The notes: generated by a model not told the origin, from the sequence alone. A DNA stretch of 64,000 nt from the human T2T-CHM13v2.0 reference genome, Homo sapiens (GCF_009914755.1 NC_060925.1), one strand, 5' to 3'; counted from the stretch's first letter, positions 18,021 to 35,085 are shown. Numbers and translations: made by a program.

Positions 18021-18976
18021 TGAGCTGGTGATCCGCCCGCCTCGGCCTCCCAAAGTTCTGGGATTACAGGTGTGAGCCACCATGCCCGGCCGTGTTTTTT
18101 TATTTTCTGTAGAGGCGGGGTCTCCCTGTGTTGCCCAGGCTGGTCTTCTTTTTTTTTTTTTTGAGTCAGCTTCTCGCTCTATTACCCGGGCTGGAGTGCA
18201 GTGGTTCGATGTCAGCTTACTACAACCTCCGCCGCCCCTGCACCGGCTTTCAGCGATTCTCCTGCCTCAGCCTCCCAAGTAGATGGGATTACAGGTTTGC
18301 GCCACCATGGCCAGCTAATTTTTGTGTTTTTAGTAGAGATGAGGTTTCACCATGTTGCCCAGATTGGTCTTTAATGCCTGTGCTCAAGTAATCCTCTCAC
18401 CTCGGCCTCCTAAATTGCTGGGGTTACAGGCATGAGCCACCTTACCTGGCCAAACTGGCTTTTACATTTCATCATCCCTGTAAGGCCTTTGTTTCCCTGG
18501 TTCTGGGTAGGTTAATCACTCTGTATCAAGTGTATTCTAGCAGGGATGGCAATATCTTTGATTTCTGTTTTCCTCCAACATTTTATTAGGAAAGATTTCA
18601 AGCATACAAAAAAGTTGAAACAATTGTACAGTACAGTGAGACCTATATGTCCATCACCTAGATTTTACATTTGTTAGCATTTGCTTAATTGCTTTGTCAC
18701 TTCTTTCCACTAATCAACTCATTTTACTTTTTTCGTGGTAAAATATGTATAACATAAAATTTTATCATCTTAATCATTTGTTTTTGTGGCTACATTTCAC
18801 AATTTATTTACATTTTAAGATAAACCTTGAGCTCAGAATGACATATCCCTATGTGTTTGTTTTTTAGTTGACTTCACGTAAAGGCATGGTTTGTTACACA
18901 AAGAATATAAATATTTACCATGTCTGTTACATGTAACACATAAGAACAGCTTGTAACAGAAATTCATCAACCCCCC

Positions 18977-19558
18977 TACATTAAGGTTCTCCAGAGGGAC
19001 AGAACCAAAGGGTATATGTATAAATAAAAGTGAGTTTATTAGGAAGAATTGGCTCTCACAGTTACAGGGTGAAGTTCCATGATAGGCTGTCTGCAAGCTG
19101 GGGAAAGAGAGAAGCTGGTCACGTGGCTCAGTCCAAGTCCAAAAGCCTCAAAACCAGGGAAGCCAACAGTGCAGCCCTTAGTTTGAGGTGAAAGGGCCCG
19201 AGAGCCCCTGGGAGGCCTCTAGTGCAAGTCCTAGAGTCCAAAGGCTGAAGAACCTGGAGTCTGATGTCTAAGGGCAGGAGGAGAGGAAGCCAGGCATCTG
19301 TCACAGCATGAGAGAGAGAGCAGACTCAGCAAGCAATCTACTTATCCCCATTGTTTAGCTGTGCTTAAAGCTGATTGAATGGTGTCCCACCCACATTGAG
19401 AGTCCAGCTGGACATGTGGGCTGGTTCCTCTCACAGTCCACTCACTCACATGTCAGTCTTCTCTGGCAACACCCTCACAGACGTACCCAGGAACATTGCC
19501 TCAGCCATATAGCTATTCCTCTGTCCAGTCAAGTTGACACCTAATATTAACCATCACA
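18977..19558 (-). mobile_element. MLT2 (ERVL) solo LTR inserted in the pseudogene 3'UTR
   Basis: Minus strand begins TGTGATGGTTAATATTAGGTGTCAACTTGACTGG; other end ...CTCTGGAGAACCTTAATGTA. Confidence 0.85.
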
Positions 19559-19809
19559 GCCCTTAACATTTTTTTTGGTATAAATATAGGTATCAAAATA
19601 ATCCTGGACATATTTTGGATTTTTTTTTTCTTGTGTATATTTTGGATACTTCTAGAAGTCAGCACCTGCACCGCTTCAAAAATTAACATAATTTGTGATA
19701 ATATTTATTTTACCTGCTACTTTAAACAATTTTGGCTGCAGTTTTTCACTAAGCAAAATAGGTAAAGTGTGCCATTTCTGTTTTTTCCTTCTTAAGATTT
19801 TTACTTTTC

Positions 19810-20095
<286 letters not shown>

Positions 20096-20267
20096 GATTT
20101 TTACTTTTCAGAAATACGTGCCGCTGACACCTGACACCTCTCACCACACTTGTTTTTGTAAACCTGAATTCTCTTTAGAGTACTTCAGGTTTATGTTTAA
20201 ATGACAGTGCCCTAATGAGAAAAAAAATTGTGCTGTATTTTTCTTCCCATTATCTGAAATGATAATG

Positions 20268-20269
<2 letters not shown>

Positions 20270-20306
<37 letters not shown>
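20270..20306. repeat. (TA)n microsatellite
   Basis: Read directly from sequence. Confidence 0.95.
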
Positions 20307-20317
<11 letters not shown>

Positions 20318-20438
20318 TAAATAAATATATATTCTTACAAATGTCCAGGTCATGTTTACCAGCAGAAATTCTTAATGTGTGAGTATTTTGCATTGTGATA
20401 TTTAATTAAGACATTAACATGAGTAGAAGGTTGACTGA

Positions 20439-20849
<411 letters not shown>

Positions 20850-22030
20850 TGAAGTAAGTAGAACTTTAATGTTGTATGGATTTTGCCATTTTGCTAACAC
20901 TGGTATGCTCCATGCATCCACAGTCCCGCTGGAATTAATTTTTCCATTCATAATAATTTTTGTTATAAACCTAACTGATGGAGCTTCTGGGTATTTAGGT
21001 CTACATTCTACTTCAGGTTATATATTCTGCTTTCATTTTTTTGTTTGTTCATTTATTTGTTTTTTGAGACAAGGTCTCACTGTCCCACAGGCTGGAGTAC
21101 AGTGGCACGAACATACGAACTCCTGGGCCCAAATGATCCTCCTGCCTCAGCCTCCAGAGTAGCTGGGACCACAGGTGTGCGCCATGATGCCTGGCTAATT
21201 TTCTTTATATTTTGTAGAGACCAGGTCTTGCCATGTTGCCCAGGTTGATCTTGAACTCCTGGGCTGAAGTGAGCTTCCCAGCTTAGTCTCTCAAAGTGCT
21301 GGGATTACAGGTGCGAGCCGTCTGTTTTGATTTTTTTTTTTTTTTTTTTGAGATGGAGTCTTGCTCTGTCGCCCAGGCTGGAGTGCAGAGACGCGATCTC
21401 CGCTCACTGCAAGCTCTGCCTCATGGGTTCACGCCATTCTCCTGTCTCGGCCTCCTAAGTAGCTGGGACTACAGGCGCCAGCCACCACGCTCGGCTAATT
21501 TTTTGTATTTTTAGTAGAGACGGGGTTTCACTGTGTTAGCCAGGATGGTCTGGATCTCCTGACCTGTGATCCGCCTGCCTCGCCCTCCCAAAGTGCTGGG
21601 ATTACAGGCGTGAGCCACCACGCCCACCCTCTGTTTTGATTTTCTAAGGCATATAGATAGATTTGTCAGTCTTTACCTTTATGGTTTGTACTTATAGAAT
21701 TTTGTTTGAAATCCTTCCTCACCCTGAATTCATACAGATATTCTCTTCTGTTTTCTTCTAAAAATTTTAAAGCTTTTCACAGTTAGTGTTTTTTTTTAAT
21801 TGCTTATTTTATTTTATTTTGAGATAGACTGGGCATGGTGGCTTGCACATGTAATCCCACCACTTTGGGAGGCTGAGGCAGGAGGATTGCTATGATCATG
21901 CCACTGCATTCCAGCCTGGGTGACAGTAAGACCCCATCTCTAAAAACAAAAATAGAATGCTGATTGTGGCAAGCTGCTAATGTTGCTTATAAGTGGTTTG
22001 GGAATAAGATGCATTTTGTGAGGAACTTTC

Positions 22031-22956
22031 TTTTTTTTTTTTTTTTTTTTTTGCTCTGAGCCCAAATGAGGGTTTCTTTTTATTTTTTTATTTTTATTGA
22101 TCATTCTTGGGTGTTTCTTGCAGAGGGGGATTTGGCAGGGTCACAGGACAATAGTGGAGGGAAGGTCAGCAGATAAACAAGTGAACAAAGGTCTCTAGTT
22201 TTCCTAGGCAGAGGACCCTGCGGCCTTCCGCAGTGTTTGTGTCCCTGGGTACTTGAGATTAGGGAGTGGTGATGACTCTTAAGGAGCATGCTGCCTTCAA
22301 GCATCTGTTTAACAAAGCACATCTTGCACCGCCCTTAATCCATTCAACCCTGAGTGGATACAGCACATGTTTCAGAGAGCACAGGGTTGGGGGCAAGGTC
22401 ACAGATCAACAGGATCCCAAGGCAGAAGAACTTCTCTTAGCACAGAACAAAATGAAAAGTCTCCCATGTCTACCTCCTTCTACACAGACACGGCAACCAT
22501 CCGACTTCTCAATCCTTTCCCCACCCTTCGCCCCCTTCTATTCCACAAAACCGCCATTGTCATCATGGCCCGTTCTCAATGAGCCGCTGGGCACACCTCC
22601 CAGACGGGGCGGTGGCCGGGCAGAGGGGCTCCTCACTTCCCAGTAGGGGCGGCCGGGCAGAGGCGCCCCTCACCTCCCGGACGGGGCGGCTGGCCAGGCG
22701 GGGGGCTGACCCCCACACCTCCCTCCCGGACGGGGCGGCTGGCCGGGTGGGGGGCTGACCCCCCCACCTCCCTCCCAGACGGGGCGGCTGGCCGGGCGGG
22801 GGGCTGACCCCCCCACCTCCCTCCCGGATGGGGCGGCTGGCCGGGCGGGGGGCTGAACCCCCCACCTCCCTCCCGGACGGGGCGGCTGGCCGGGCGGGGG
22901 GCTGACCCCCCCACCTCCCTCCCGGACGGGGCGGCTGGCCGGGCAGAGGGGCTCCT
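22031..22956 (-). mobile_element. SVA retrotransposon, 5'-truncated within the VNTR, with a 3' transduction
   Basis: SINE-R (~22095-22600, minus-strand end CCCAAGAATGATCAATAAA) and a GC-rich ~49-bp VNTR (~22600-22956). Poly(A) at 22031-22052. 16-bp TSD TTGTGAGGAACTTTCT at 22016-22031 and 22964-22979. Confidence 0.95.
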
Positions 22957-23557
22957 TGTGAGCTTGTGAGGAACTTTCTACTTAAGAATGACCAAGTGGC
23001 CTTGTGGGAAGGAAGAGGGTTGCCATTTGTTAATGGTGTTTATAAATTGCTATTGGATTAGTATAAGCTGCAAAGCAGCTACTAATTTATTTTCTTTAAC
23101 TAGGAGAATCATAATATGGACATTTTGGATAGGCATCTTTTTAATTTTCTAAAGATTTCCAAAATTGGTAATGTTATTTCTAATTAGGAAGTTTGGTTGA
23201 AAATAAGTTTCTGAACTCTGTGTCAAATCTAGTAGCTACTTCCAATTTGTAATTAAAAAAAGAAAAAGTCTTCAAAGGTTGAATGTGCCTTCATGGATTC
23301 TCCAGCATGAGCAAACTAAAGTATCCAAAACTGAATTAAAAATTTCATCTAAATTATACCTTCTTCTTAGCTTTACTATACTTAGTGTCAAACTGATTTC
23401 TTAGATTTCGTAGTCACTTAGTTTTGAAACCTTGATTCCTTTCCTCTTCGTCACTTCTACGTCTAGTCAGTTATTTGTTGAATGCCATGTATGTGTAAAG
23501 CAGTTTCAGATTTCACTCCTGTGAGTTCTATTTCCATTGCTATTGGATGCCTAGTGA

Positions 23558-23781
<224 letters not shown>

Positions 23782-24018
23782 TAGTAGAGACGGGGTTTCA
23801 TGATGTTGGCCAGGATGGTCTCAAACTCCTGACCTCGTGATCCACCCGCCTCGGCCTCCCAAAGTGCTGGGATTACAGGCGTGAGCCACCACGCCTGGCC
23901 AGAGCCAGGTTAACTACTAAGTCTTCCTCCTGAAAACCTTACTTTGTTCCTCTAGTTGTAAGTGGCCTTTGCCATTGTACCACTCTGGTGGTGCTGAGTT
24001 CTGACATGTATTATATAG

Positions 24019-24416
<398 letters not shown>

Positions 24417-24799
24417 TGACTGAATGATTCTGTTCCAGGGTCTGTTCACCTCAAATGTGATAGCTTCCTAACTTTGTCTTGCCCATCCTGATCCATCCCC
24501 TTATCCCAACAGTTTGCCTGCTTAGAAACATGCAGTGGCTTCCCATTTGCAGAGATAAAGTTTACTTTTCTTTTTACTTGGCATTTGAGGCTAGCTATGT
24601 TTTGGTTCTTCCCCTGGGTAAATGTGTCTCTCATTCCTTGTCTCTTGATCATTGCATTTTAATAGCCCTTGAACAGTTATATTTGCTTTTCCAGCTAGGA
24701 CTTTTTATTTTTCGCTACTTCCTCCCCACACCCACCAAAATCACGTATTTTTCAGTCAGTAGCAATTTTGAATAAATTTAAGATTATAGTACATCTGAT

Positions 24800-25030
24800 A
24801 ATAAGAGGTAACCTGAGTGCATATCTGTGCTTACAGTCGTTCTAAGTACATTCCATGTATTAACCATTTAATTATTCCCTACAATCCTAGGGGGAGGTAT
24901 GATTATAATCTGCATTTTACAGATGTAAGTGAGGCAAGGAAAGATGAAACAGATCCAGGATTGCACAGCTAGTAAAGGGGATAGAGCTGGATTCAATCCC
25001 AGAGTCTGGTTGTAGAGCATGTAAATCTTT
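24800..25030. mobile_element. MIR
   Basis: CATTTAATTATTCCCTACAATCCTAG...CATTTTACAGATG...GAGCTGGATTCAATCCCAG. Confidence 0.65.
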
Positions 25031-25149
25031 GTCCATTTTTTCATGGAACTCCAAGGCACCTGGGGCTGGCAGACTGGTGCATGAGAGGATAAACAGTATT
25101 ATATCTGTGAGAATTTCAAGCACAGTATATAGGAATATGTATAGAGTAA

Positions 25150-25434
<285 letters not shown>

Positions 25435-25535
25435 TAACATGGGCCGAGTGCGGTGGCTCACACCTGTAATCCCAGCACTTTGGGAGGCTGAAGCAGGCAG
25501 ATCACGAGGTCAGGAAATCGAGACCATCCTGGCTA

Positions 25536-25784
<249 letters not shown>

Positions 25785-25980
25785 TCAACGGTTCTTTTTC
25801 TAATTCTCTGAAAAAATTGATAATATACATTGTTCACATTATAACTTTTGCAAAAATATTGAGGGCTTCAGTTTTCTCAAGGGCCTTTCTTAGTCTTTTT
25901 TAAAAAATTACTTTTTTGGCCGGGTGCAGTGGCTCACGCCTGTAATCCCAGCACTTTGGGAGGCTGAGGCGGGCGGATCA

Positions 25981-26507
<527 letters not shown>

Positions 26508-26519
26508 TAAAAATTAACT

Positions 26520-27079
<560 letters not shown>

Positions 27080-28093
27080 TAAAAAAATTATTCTTTTCTT
27101 TCAGGCCTTCATTTTTGTTCATCTCCTCAGTTGTTAACTGGTCTGACCCTGCCATATCTTTATTTGTTGGTGGCTTTGACTGAGTTTTGAATACTTTTAT
27201 TGTAGAGATGGGGGTCTTGGTTTGTTGTCCAGGCTAGTCTCGAACTCCTAGCCTCAAGTGATCCTTCTACCTTGGCCTTCCTAAGTGTTGGATTGCAGGC
27301 CTGACCCATTGCACCCAGCCTCAGCCTCTTTTTTTTTTTTTTTTTGTGAGACAGTTTTGCTTTGTCACCTAGTCTGGAGTACAGTGGTGCAATCATGACT
27401 CACTGCAGCCTTGACCTCCTGGGCCCAAGCGATTCTCAGCCTCCCGAGTAGCTAGGACTACAGGCATGCTTTATTTTTTTGTAGAGACAGTCTCATTTTA
27501 TGGCCCAGGCTGGTCTTGAACTCCTGGCTTCCAGCATTTTATATTTCTTTGTATCCTCTGTAGTTGTGCTAGTTTCAGTAAATTCTTATGTATGTGAGGG
27601 CTCACTTGATTTATACTTGTGTCTTCACTGTTGCCATGCTTGCTCAGATGTTTATTATCTTGGGGCTCAAACTTACCTATTGAGCAAACATGATGAAATC
27701 TACCATGTACCAGGCATTGCGTTAGGTGTTGGAGGAGATACAAGATAAATATAAGGCACAGTCCCTATTCTTTTTCTTTCTTTCTTTTTTTTTTTTGGAG
27801 ACAGCGTCTTGCTCTGTTTCCCAGGCTGGAGTGCAGTGGCGTGATCCTCAGCTCACTGCAGCCTCTTTCTCCTGGGTTCAAATGATTCTCCTGAGTAGCT
27901 GGGACTGTAGGCATGCACCACCACATCTGGCTAGTTTTTGTATTTTTAGTAGAGATGGGGTTTCACCATGTTAGCCAGGCTGGTCTCAAACTCCAGACCA
28001 CAGGCTGTCCACCTGGGCCTCCCAAAGTGCTGGGATACAGGTGCAAGCCACCGCACCCAGCCAGCACAGTCCCTTTTTTTTTTTTTTTTTTGA

Positions 28094-28276
<183 letters not shown>

Positions 28277-28561
28277 TAGCCAGGATGATCTCCATCTCCT
28301 GACCTCGTGATCCACCTGCCTCTGCCTCCCAAAGTGCTGAGATTACAGGCGTGAGCCACTGCCCCCAGCCCCACAGTCCCTATTCTTAAGGGACCTTCAT
28401 GTTTAGTGGGAGAGACAGTTAATTACAATACAGGATGATAAGGGCAATAGTAGAACCTGGAATGAGATGCTCACTGACTCCTTCTGGAGAATTAGGGGAA
28501 GGTTTTACAAGAATTTACATTTGAGCTGTTGCTGGAAGGTTTCGAATAAGCGAAGCAGGTG

Positions 28562-28565
<4 letters not shown>

Positions 28566-28608
<43 letters not shown>
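28566..28608. repeat. (TG)n microsatellite, about 21 units
   Basis: Read directly from sequence. Confidence 0.95.
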
Positions 28609-28609
<1 letters not shown>

Positions 28610-29080
28610 TGGAGGTTGAGACAGGAGTGGTGGTTTGGTGAGAGGAGGCTATTCAAGGCAGTGGGACGAGCATGTCTAATGGTGTGGAACAGGAAAGTTC
28701 ATTCTAAAAATGTAGTTTGATTAAGGGTAGAAGCATAGGAGTCAGTGGTAGAAGGTGGAGCGAGTAGAGCAGGATTGCAGTGTGCTTGTATTGAATTTTA
28801 TGCAGTAAGCAGGAAGGACCTTTAATTGGAGGAATGACATGATCATATTTGTGACAGGTTATTCTGGCATCAAATTTGGTCTCTTGTTTATAGACGAAAG
28901 CAATCTAGAGAAGTTGGTTATCCTGGTGTAACGCCTTGGGTTAAATGGGTTATTAATCAAGTTTGGATGAAAATTTTTACAAAATTCGGCAATTACATAA
29001 GGTAGACTCTGGATATATCATCGACATTTCCAACTCTAAAATTAATAATTTTTTACTGACTGAAATTTCCTTCCAAATAG

Positions 29081-29421
<341 letters not shown>

Positions 29422-29458
29422 TAGTAGAGTACAATTTAGCCACGTAATAGTGAGATTA

Positions 29459-29650
<192 letters not shown>

Positions 29651-30997
29651 TTAGTTGGGCGTGGTGGTGCGCGCCTGTAATCCCATCTATTGGCGCAATC
29701 TCAGCTCACTGCAACCTCCACCTCCTGGGCTCAAGCGATTCTTGTGCCTCAGCCTACTGAGTGGCTGGGACTGTAGGCGTGTGCCACCACGCCCAGCTAA
29801 TTTTTGTATTTTTAGTAGAGATGGGGTTTTACCATGTTGGTCAGGCTGGTCTTGAACTCCTAAGCTCAAGTGATCCGCCCACCTTGGCCTTCCAAAGTGC
29901 TGAGATTACAGGTGAGTCACCGCACCTGGCCTGAATGTTCTTAATGTCACTGAACTGTACATATAAAAATGGTTAAAATGGGCAGTTGTATGTTATGGCA
30001 CTGGAGATATAAAAAGGAATTTGATCTGATACCTGCCCTCAAGGAGTAGTTTACTTTAGTAGTAGTGCATGACCACTGGTTTTCAAGGAAATAGAGGCTC
30101 AAGTGATAAGGAAATGCTGGTAGCTTATAAAAGTTTTGTAATGTGATAAAAAGATAAGTTCTGGGAAAGTAGTCATTATGAGTTCTTGACAGTTCAGTCT
30201 GATCTACTGGACCGGGATAACTCAGATGGGAAAGTTACTTTTCCCCAACCTCTCTGCACAGCCCGAGAGCATGAGTTTAAAAACCATTGGTCTAGGTAGA
30301 AACGTTCAGGTGCATCAGTTGGCATGTTTGATTCCTCTCTGTGTTGTACATTGAGACCTTGAGGCACAGAATGATAGGGTTATTTAAGGAGCAGACTCAT
30401 TCAACCTGGAATTAGGCATAGGCTTGGGTTTGTCGTTGACAGAGCCTACTGCTCTTTTTACAGGTTTTCAAGATGGAATTAGTGTCTTATGTTCCGAGTT
30501 TGCTATAAAGCTAAATTCTGAATTCGCATGAGAATGTAATTGTTTAATGACCACATGACTACCCAAACCAGCTTGTTGAAGTCGTGTCTTTTCACTGTCA
30601 TTTTGATACTGGCCCAATTAACAATATTTATTGAGTACTCCTTTGTGCCAAGCACTTTTCTGAGAACTTTATACATATATTAGTTTATTCGGTGTTCAAC
30701 AACACTGTGAAGTAGGAACAGTTTTATAGATAAGGGACCACAGATAGTGAGATTTAATTAAGTCACTTATCCGGGGTCTCACAACTAGTAGTTGGTGGAG
30801 TTGGGAATCAAACATAGGCTTCAGAGCCAGATGTGCTCTTATTATTTATTGAGGAGTTCAGTTGCTTTGGAAATTGCTTTGGGATGACTAATTACTGACT
30901 TTTATTTGTTTTACTATGAGTTGCTGGGCATAAATATTAAAAAATATCAGTTCCTACCATTTGGGAGTCTTACAGTTTTGAGAATTACTATTCATGA

Positions 30998-31291
<294 letters not shown>

Positions 31292-31811
31292 TGAGCCACC
31301 GTGCCTGGCCAAGGTTGATTCTTAGTGGCCATCTGCACTAAATGCATTTGTTAGACAAATGATGAAGAAAAGGGGTTGATAACCTTTCCAAAGGGTCAGA
31401 TACTTTAGGCTTTGCTGGCCAAGAGGCAAAGTTGAGGCTACTCTGTGGGTACTTACATGACAAGAGAGAAAACAACTTTGCACAAAGTTTTTATTTCAAA
31501 ATACAATAATCAGGCTAGGCACCGTGCCTCACACCTGCAATCCCAGCGCTTTGGGAGGCTGAGGCGGGCAGATCACCTGAGGTCAGTTCGAGACCAGCCT
31601 GGCCAACATGACGAAACCCTGTCTCTACTAAAAATACAAAAAAATTAGCCAGGCATTGTGGCGCAAGCTTGTAATCCCAGCTACTTGCAAGGCTGAGGCA
31701 CAAGAATCTCTTGAACCCGGAGGACAGGGGTTGCACTGAGCCAAGACCATGCCACTGCACGCCAGCCTGGGTGACAGAGTGAGACTCTGTCTCAAAAAAT
31801 ATATATAGATA

Positions 31812-31815
<4 letters not shown>

Positions 31816-31854
<39 letters not shown>
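31816..31854. repeat. (TA)n microsatellite at an Alu tail
   Basis: Read directly from sequence. Confidence 0.95.
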
Positions 31855-31858
<4 letters not shown>

Positions 31859-32642
31859 GTAAATAATGAGTATAATTTTTGTAGTAACAGGGCTATAAGA
31901 ATGGAATTCTGCTTTTGGGGAGTACAATTTCACTTAATTGGGTTTCCAAGTTAGCAGTGCCTTTCAAAATTGATGGCAAATATTTATTTGTTAATGCTGA
32001 TCTGTCGTGAAGTTTTATGTGTGTCATCTTTGAAAATGTCTTCACACAGATGGGTACTGCCAAATACATTAATCATTGAGCATGTGATTTTAATTGAGCA
32101 GATTTATCTTTTGGAAGGCACAGAAATGTGTTAGATTCTTGATATTTGTCTTTTAGCATACCATAACATTGCAGATAAATCGCTTCCAATTGAAGATTAG
32201 ATGGAAGCTCCTTAGCTGCACAGTTAGACAGATTTTGAAATATGGAGATTTACTTTACACATGCATTAAGGTTGGAAATATGCTGGAACTGTAGTTTGAG
32301 CTCAGAAGATCTGCTTCAGATTTGTGTGGGTATGGAGATATCACTTCTTGTTCAACTTTTGACAGTATGAGAAGTGAATAAAGTAATTTGACATTTCTTG
32401 AAATTGAAACATTTATTGTCATTAGTATTATTTTATTACAGTATGTGTTTCCCATAGAAGTGCTGTTTTGACTTCTAATTTTGTTTTATTTCTTTGAGAC
32501 AGAATCTCCCTCCGTCAGCTAGTCTGGAGTGCAGTGATGAGATCATAGCTCACTGCAACTTCAAGCTCCTGGGCTTAAGCGAGCCTCCTGTCCCAGCTTC
32601 CTGAATAGCTGGGACCACAGGCGTACACCATTGAGTCAGGCT

Positions 32643-32644
<2 letters not shown>

Positions 32645-32699
<55 letters not shown>
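32645..32699. repeat. Poly(T)55 in the middle linker of an antisense Alu
   Basis: Uninterrupted T run between GCTAA and AGTTTTTGTAGAGAC. Confidence 0.95.
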
Positions 32700-32701
<2 letters not shown>

Positions 32702-34387
32702 TTTTTGTAGAGACGGATCTTGCTGTGTTCACTAGGCAGGTCTCAAACTTCTGACCTCAAGCTGTCCTCCTACCTTGGCCTCCCAAAGTGTTGGGATTAC
32801 AGATGTGAGCTACTGTGCCAGGTCTTTGTAATTTTAAACTGTATTCATTAAGAAACATTATCAACTCTGCAGCAAAAGCTAACTTCAAAGCTATTTGGTA
32901 TCCGCAACAGTAATAGTGGTTAAGGGTGGTTCTTGTTGAAAAATTTCATACTCAGCCCTGAGCTTTTCAAGAAACATAAAATTTTTCTGCTTCTAACTCA
33001 TCAAACTGCCGTGTGGTAGGGCAAGTCAGGATATTCACCTTCTTTTTCTCAGCACTGCACTCCAGCCTAGGTGACGGAGACCACGTCTCAAGAAAAAAAG
33101 TCTGCAGAGAAACTGCTGATAAATAACCTTACATTTTCACAACGTTTGCCAGTTTTTCCAACTAAGTCCTTTTCTTCTCCACAGATATTTTTTACCGTCA
33201 TTTGCTTTCTTGTAAGTTGGGAATATTGGTAAGATCAATGTATGTTATATTCTTGGCATATCTGTGGTGTCATTTCATAATAAACACAATGATTTGCTAT
33301 CAAATTCAATAACAAAATGATTCACACTTCACACTGTGCCTTAAAAGGGTAACATCAACATCTGCTTTTCTTGTTTTGATGTGATGGATATGCACTGGTA
33401 ATTAAAAATAATAATAAAATGTGATACTGCCTATGCATGGTATGTGAAATGCTGTTGAGTTATAACTGTGTCACTGCAATTTGTAGCAGAGCAAAGCAGT
33501 GAGACCACTGAAGGCAGTCCCTGTTGCAGCTACTCAGATCTCCTGTCTTAGTGTGCAAGTAGCCATATGTAAATGAATGTGACTGTTCCTATAAAATTGT
33601 TTATGGGTGTGTAAATTGGAATTTCCCCAGCCCAGCAGCTAATCTGGGGGAAAAAAAGAAGTTGGAATGTTGTATAATTTTAACCTCTAATGAAGTATTT
33701 TTTTGATAAAAAAAAATTTTTTAAAACAGAAACCATTCTTAGCTCATGGATGGTACAAAACCAGACAATGGGCTAGATTTGGTCTGTGTGCCTTAGTTGC
33801 CATCCCATATTACAGAAGGCTCTGTATACATGACTTATTTGGAAGTGATCTGTTTTCTCTCCAAACCCATTTATAGTAATTTCACCAGTCTTGTATCAAT
33901 CTTGGTTTCCACTGATACCATGAAACCTACTTGGAGCAGACATTGCACAGTTTTCTGTGGTAAAAACTAAAGGTTTATTTGCTAAGCTGTCATCTTATGC
34001 TTAGTATTTTTTTTTTACAGTGGGGAATTGCTGAGATTACATTTTGTTATTCATTAGATACTTTGGGTTAACTTGACACTGTCTTCTTTTTTTCGCTTTT
34101 AATTGCTATCATCATGCTTTTGAAACAAGAACACATTAGTCCTCAAGTATTACATAAGCTTGCTTGTTACGCCTGGTGGCTTAAAGGACTATCTTTGGCC
34201 TCAGGTTCACAAGAGTGGGCAAAGTGTTTCCTTATGTTCTGTAGTTCTCAATAAAAGATTGCCAGGGGCCGGGTACTGTGGCTCGCACTGTAATCCCAGC
34301 ACTTTGGGAGGCTGAGGCTGGCGGATCATGTGAGGGCAGGTGTTCGAAACCAGCCTGGGCAACATAGTGAGACCCTGTCTCTATTTA

Positions 34388-34856
<469 letters not shown>

Positions 34857-35085
34857 CTACTAATGTGTGGAACATGGGAGCGTTCTGAGTGACACGCTGG
34901 TCTAAGGCACTGTTGTCCTTTATCTGGATCATTATTATTATTTTATTCTTTTTTGAGACAAGGTCTTGCTCTGTCACCTAGGCTGGAGTGCAGTAGTGTG
35001 AACATGGCTCATTGCAGCCTCTGTCTCTTGGGCTCAGGCAGTTCTCTTGCCTCAGCCTCCCATAATGTTGGGGTTATCGTTGTAA

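Larger units (their letters stand above)
31370..33807 (-). mobile_element. Decayed hAT-Charlie DNA transposon (Cheshire/MER58 family) with transposase remnants, interrupted by Alus
   Basis: MER58-like termini (AGGGGTTGATAACC... and ...TAGTTGCCATCCC). Minus-strand peptides EGEYPDLPYHTAV** (~32998-33043; TGA TGA replacing the hAT RW motif) and CLPKDKSAQLKSHA / VFGSTHLCE (~32040-32120, hAT C-terminal dimerisation domain-like). Confidence 0.75.

Noticed and set aside
22266-22914. ORFs in SVA (MVMTLKEHAAFKHLFNKAHL..., proline/glycine-rich repeats)
   Set aside because: Standard SINE-R and VNTR translations.
22600-22956. Regular ~49-bp repeats as a possible CRISPR-like array
   Set aside because: Tandem units with no unique spacers; this is the SVA VNTR in a eukaryotic intron.
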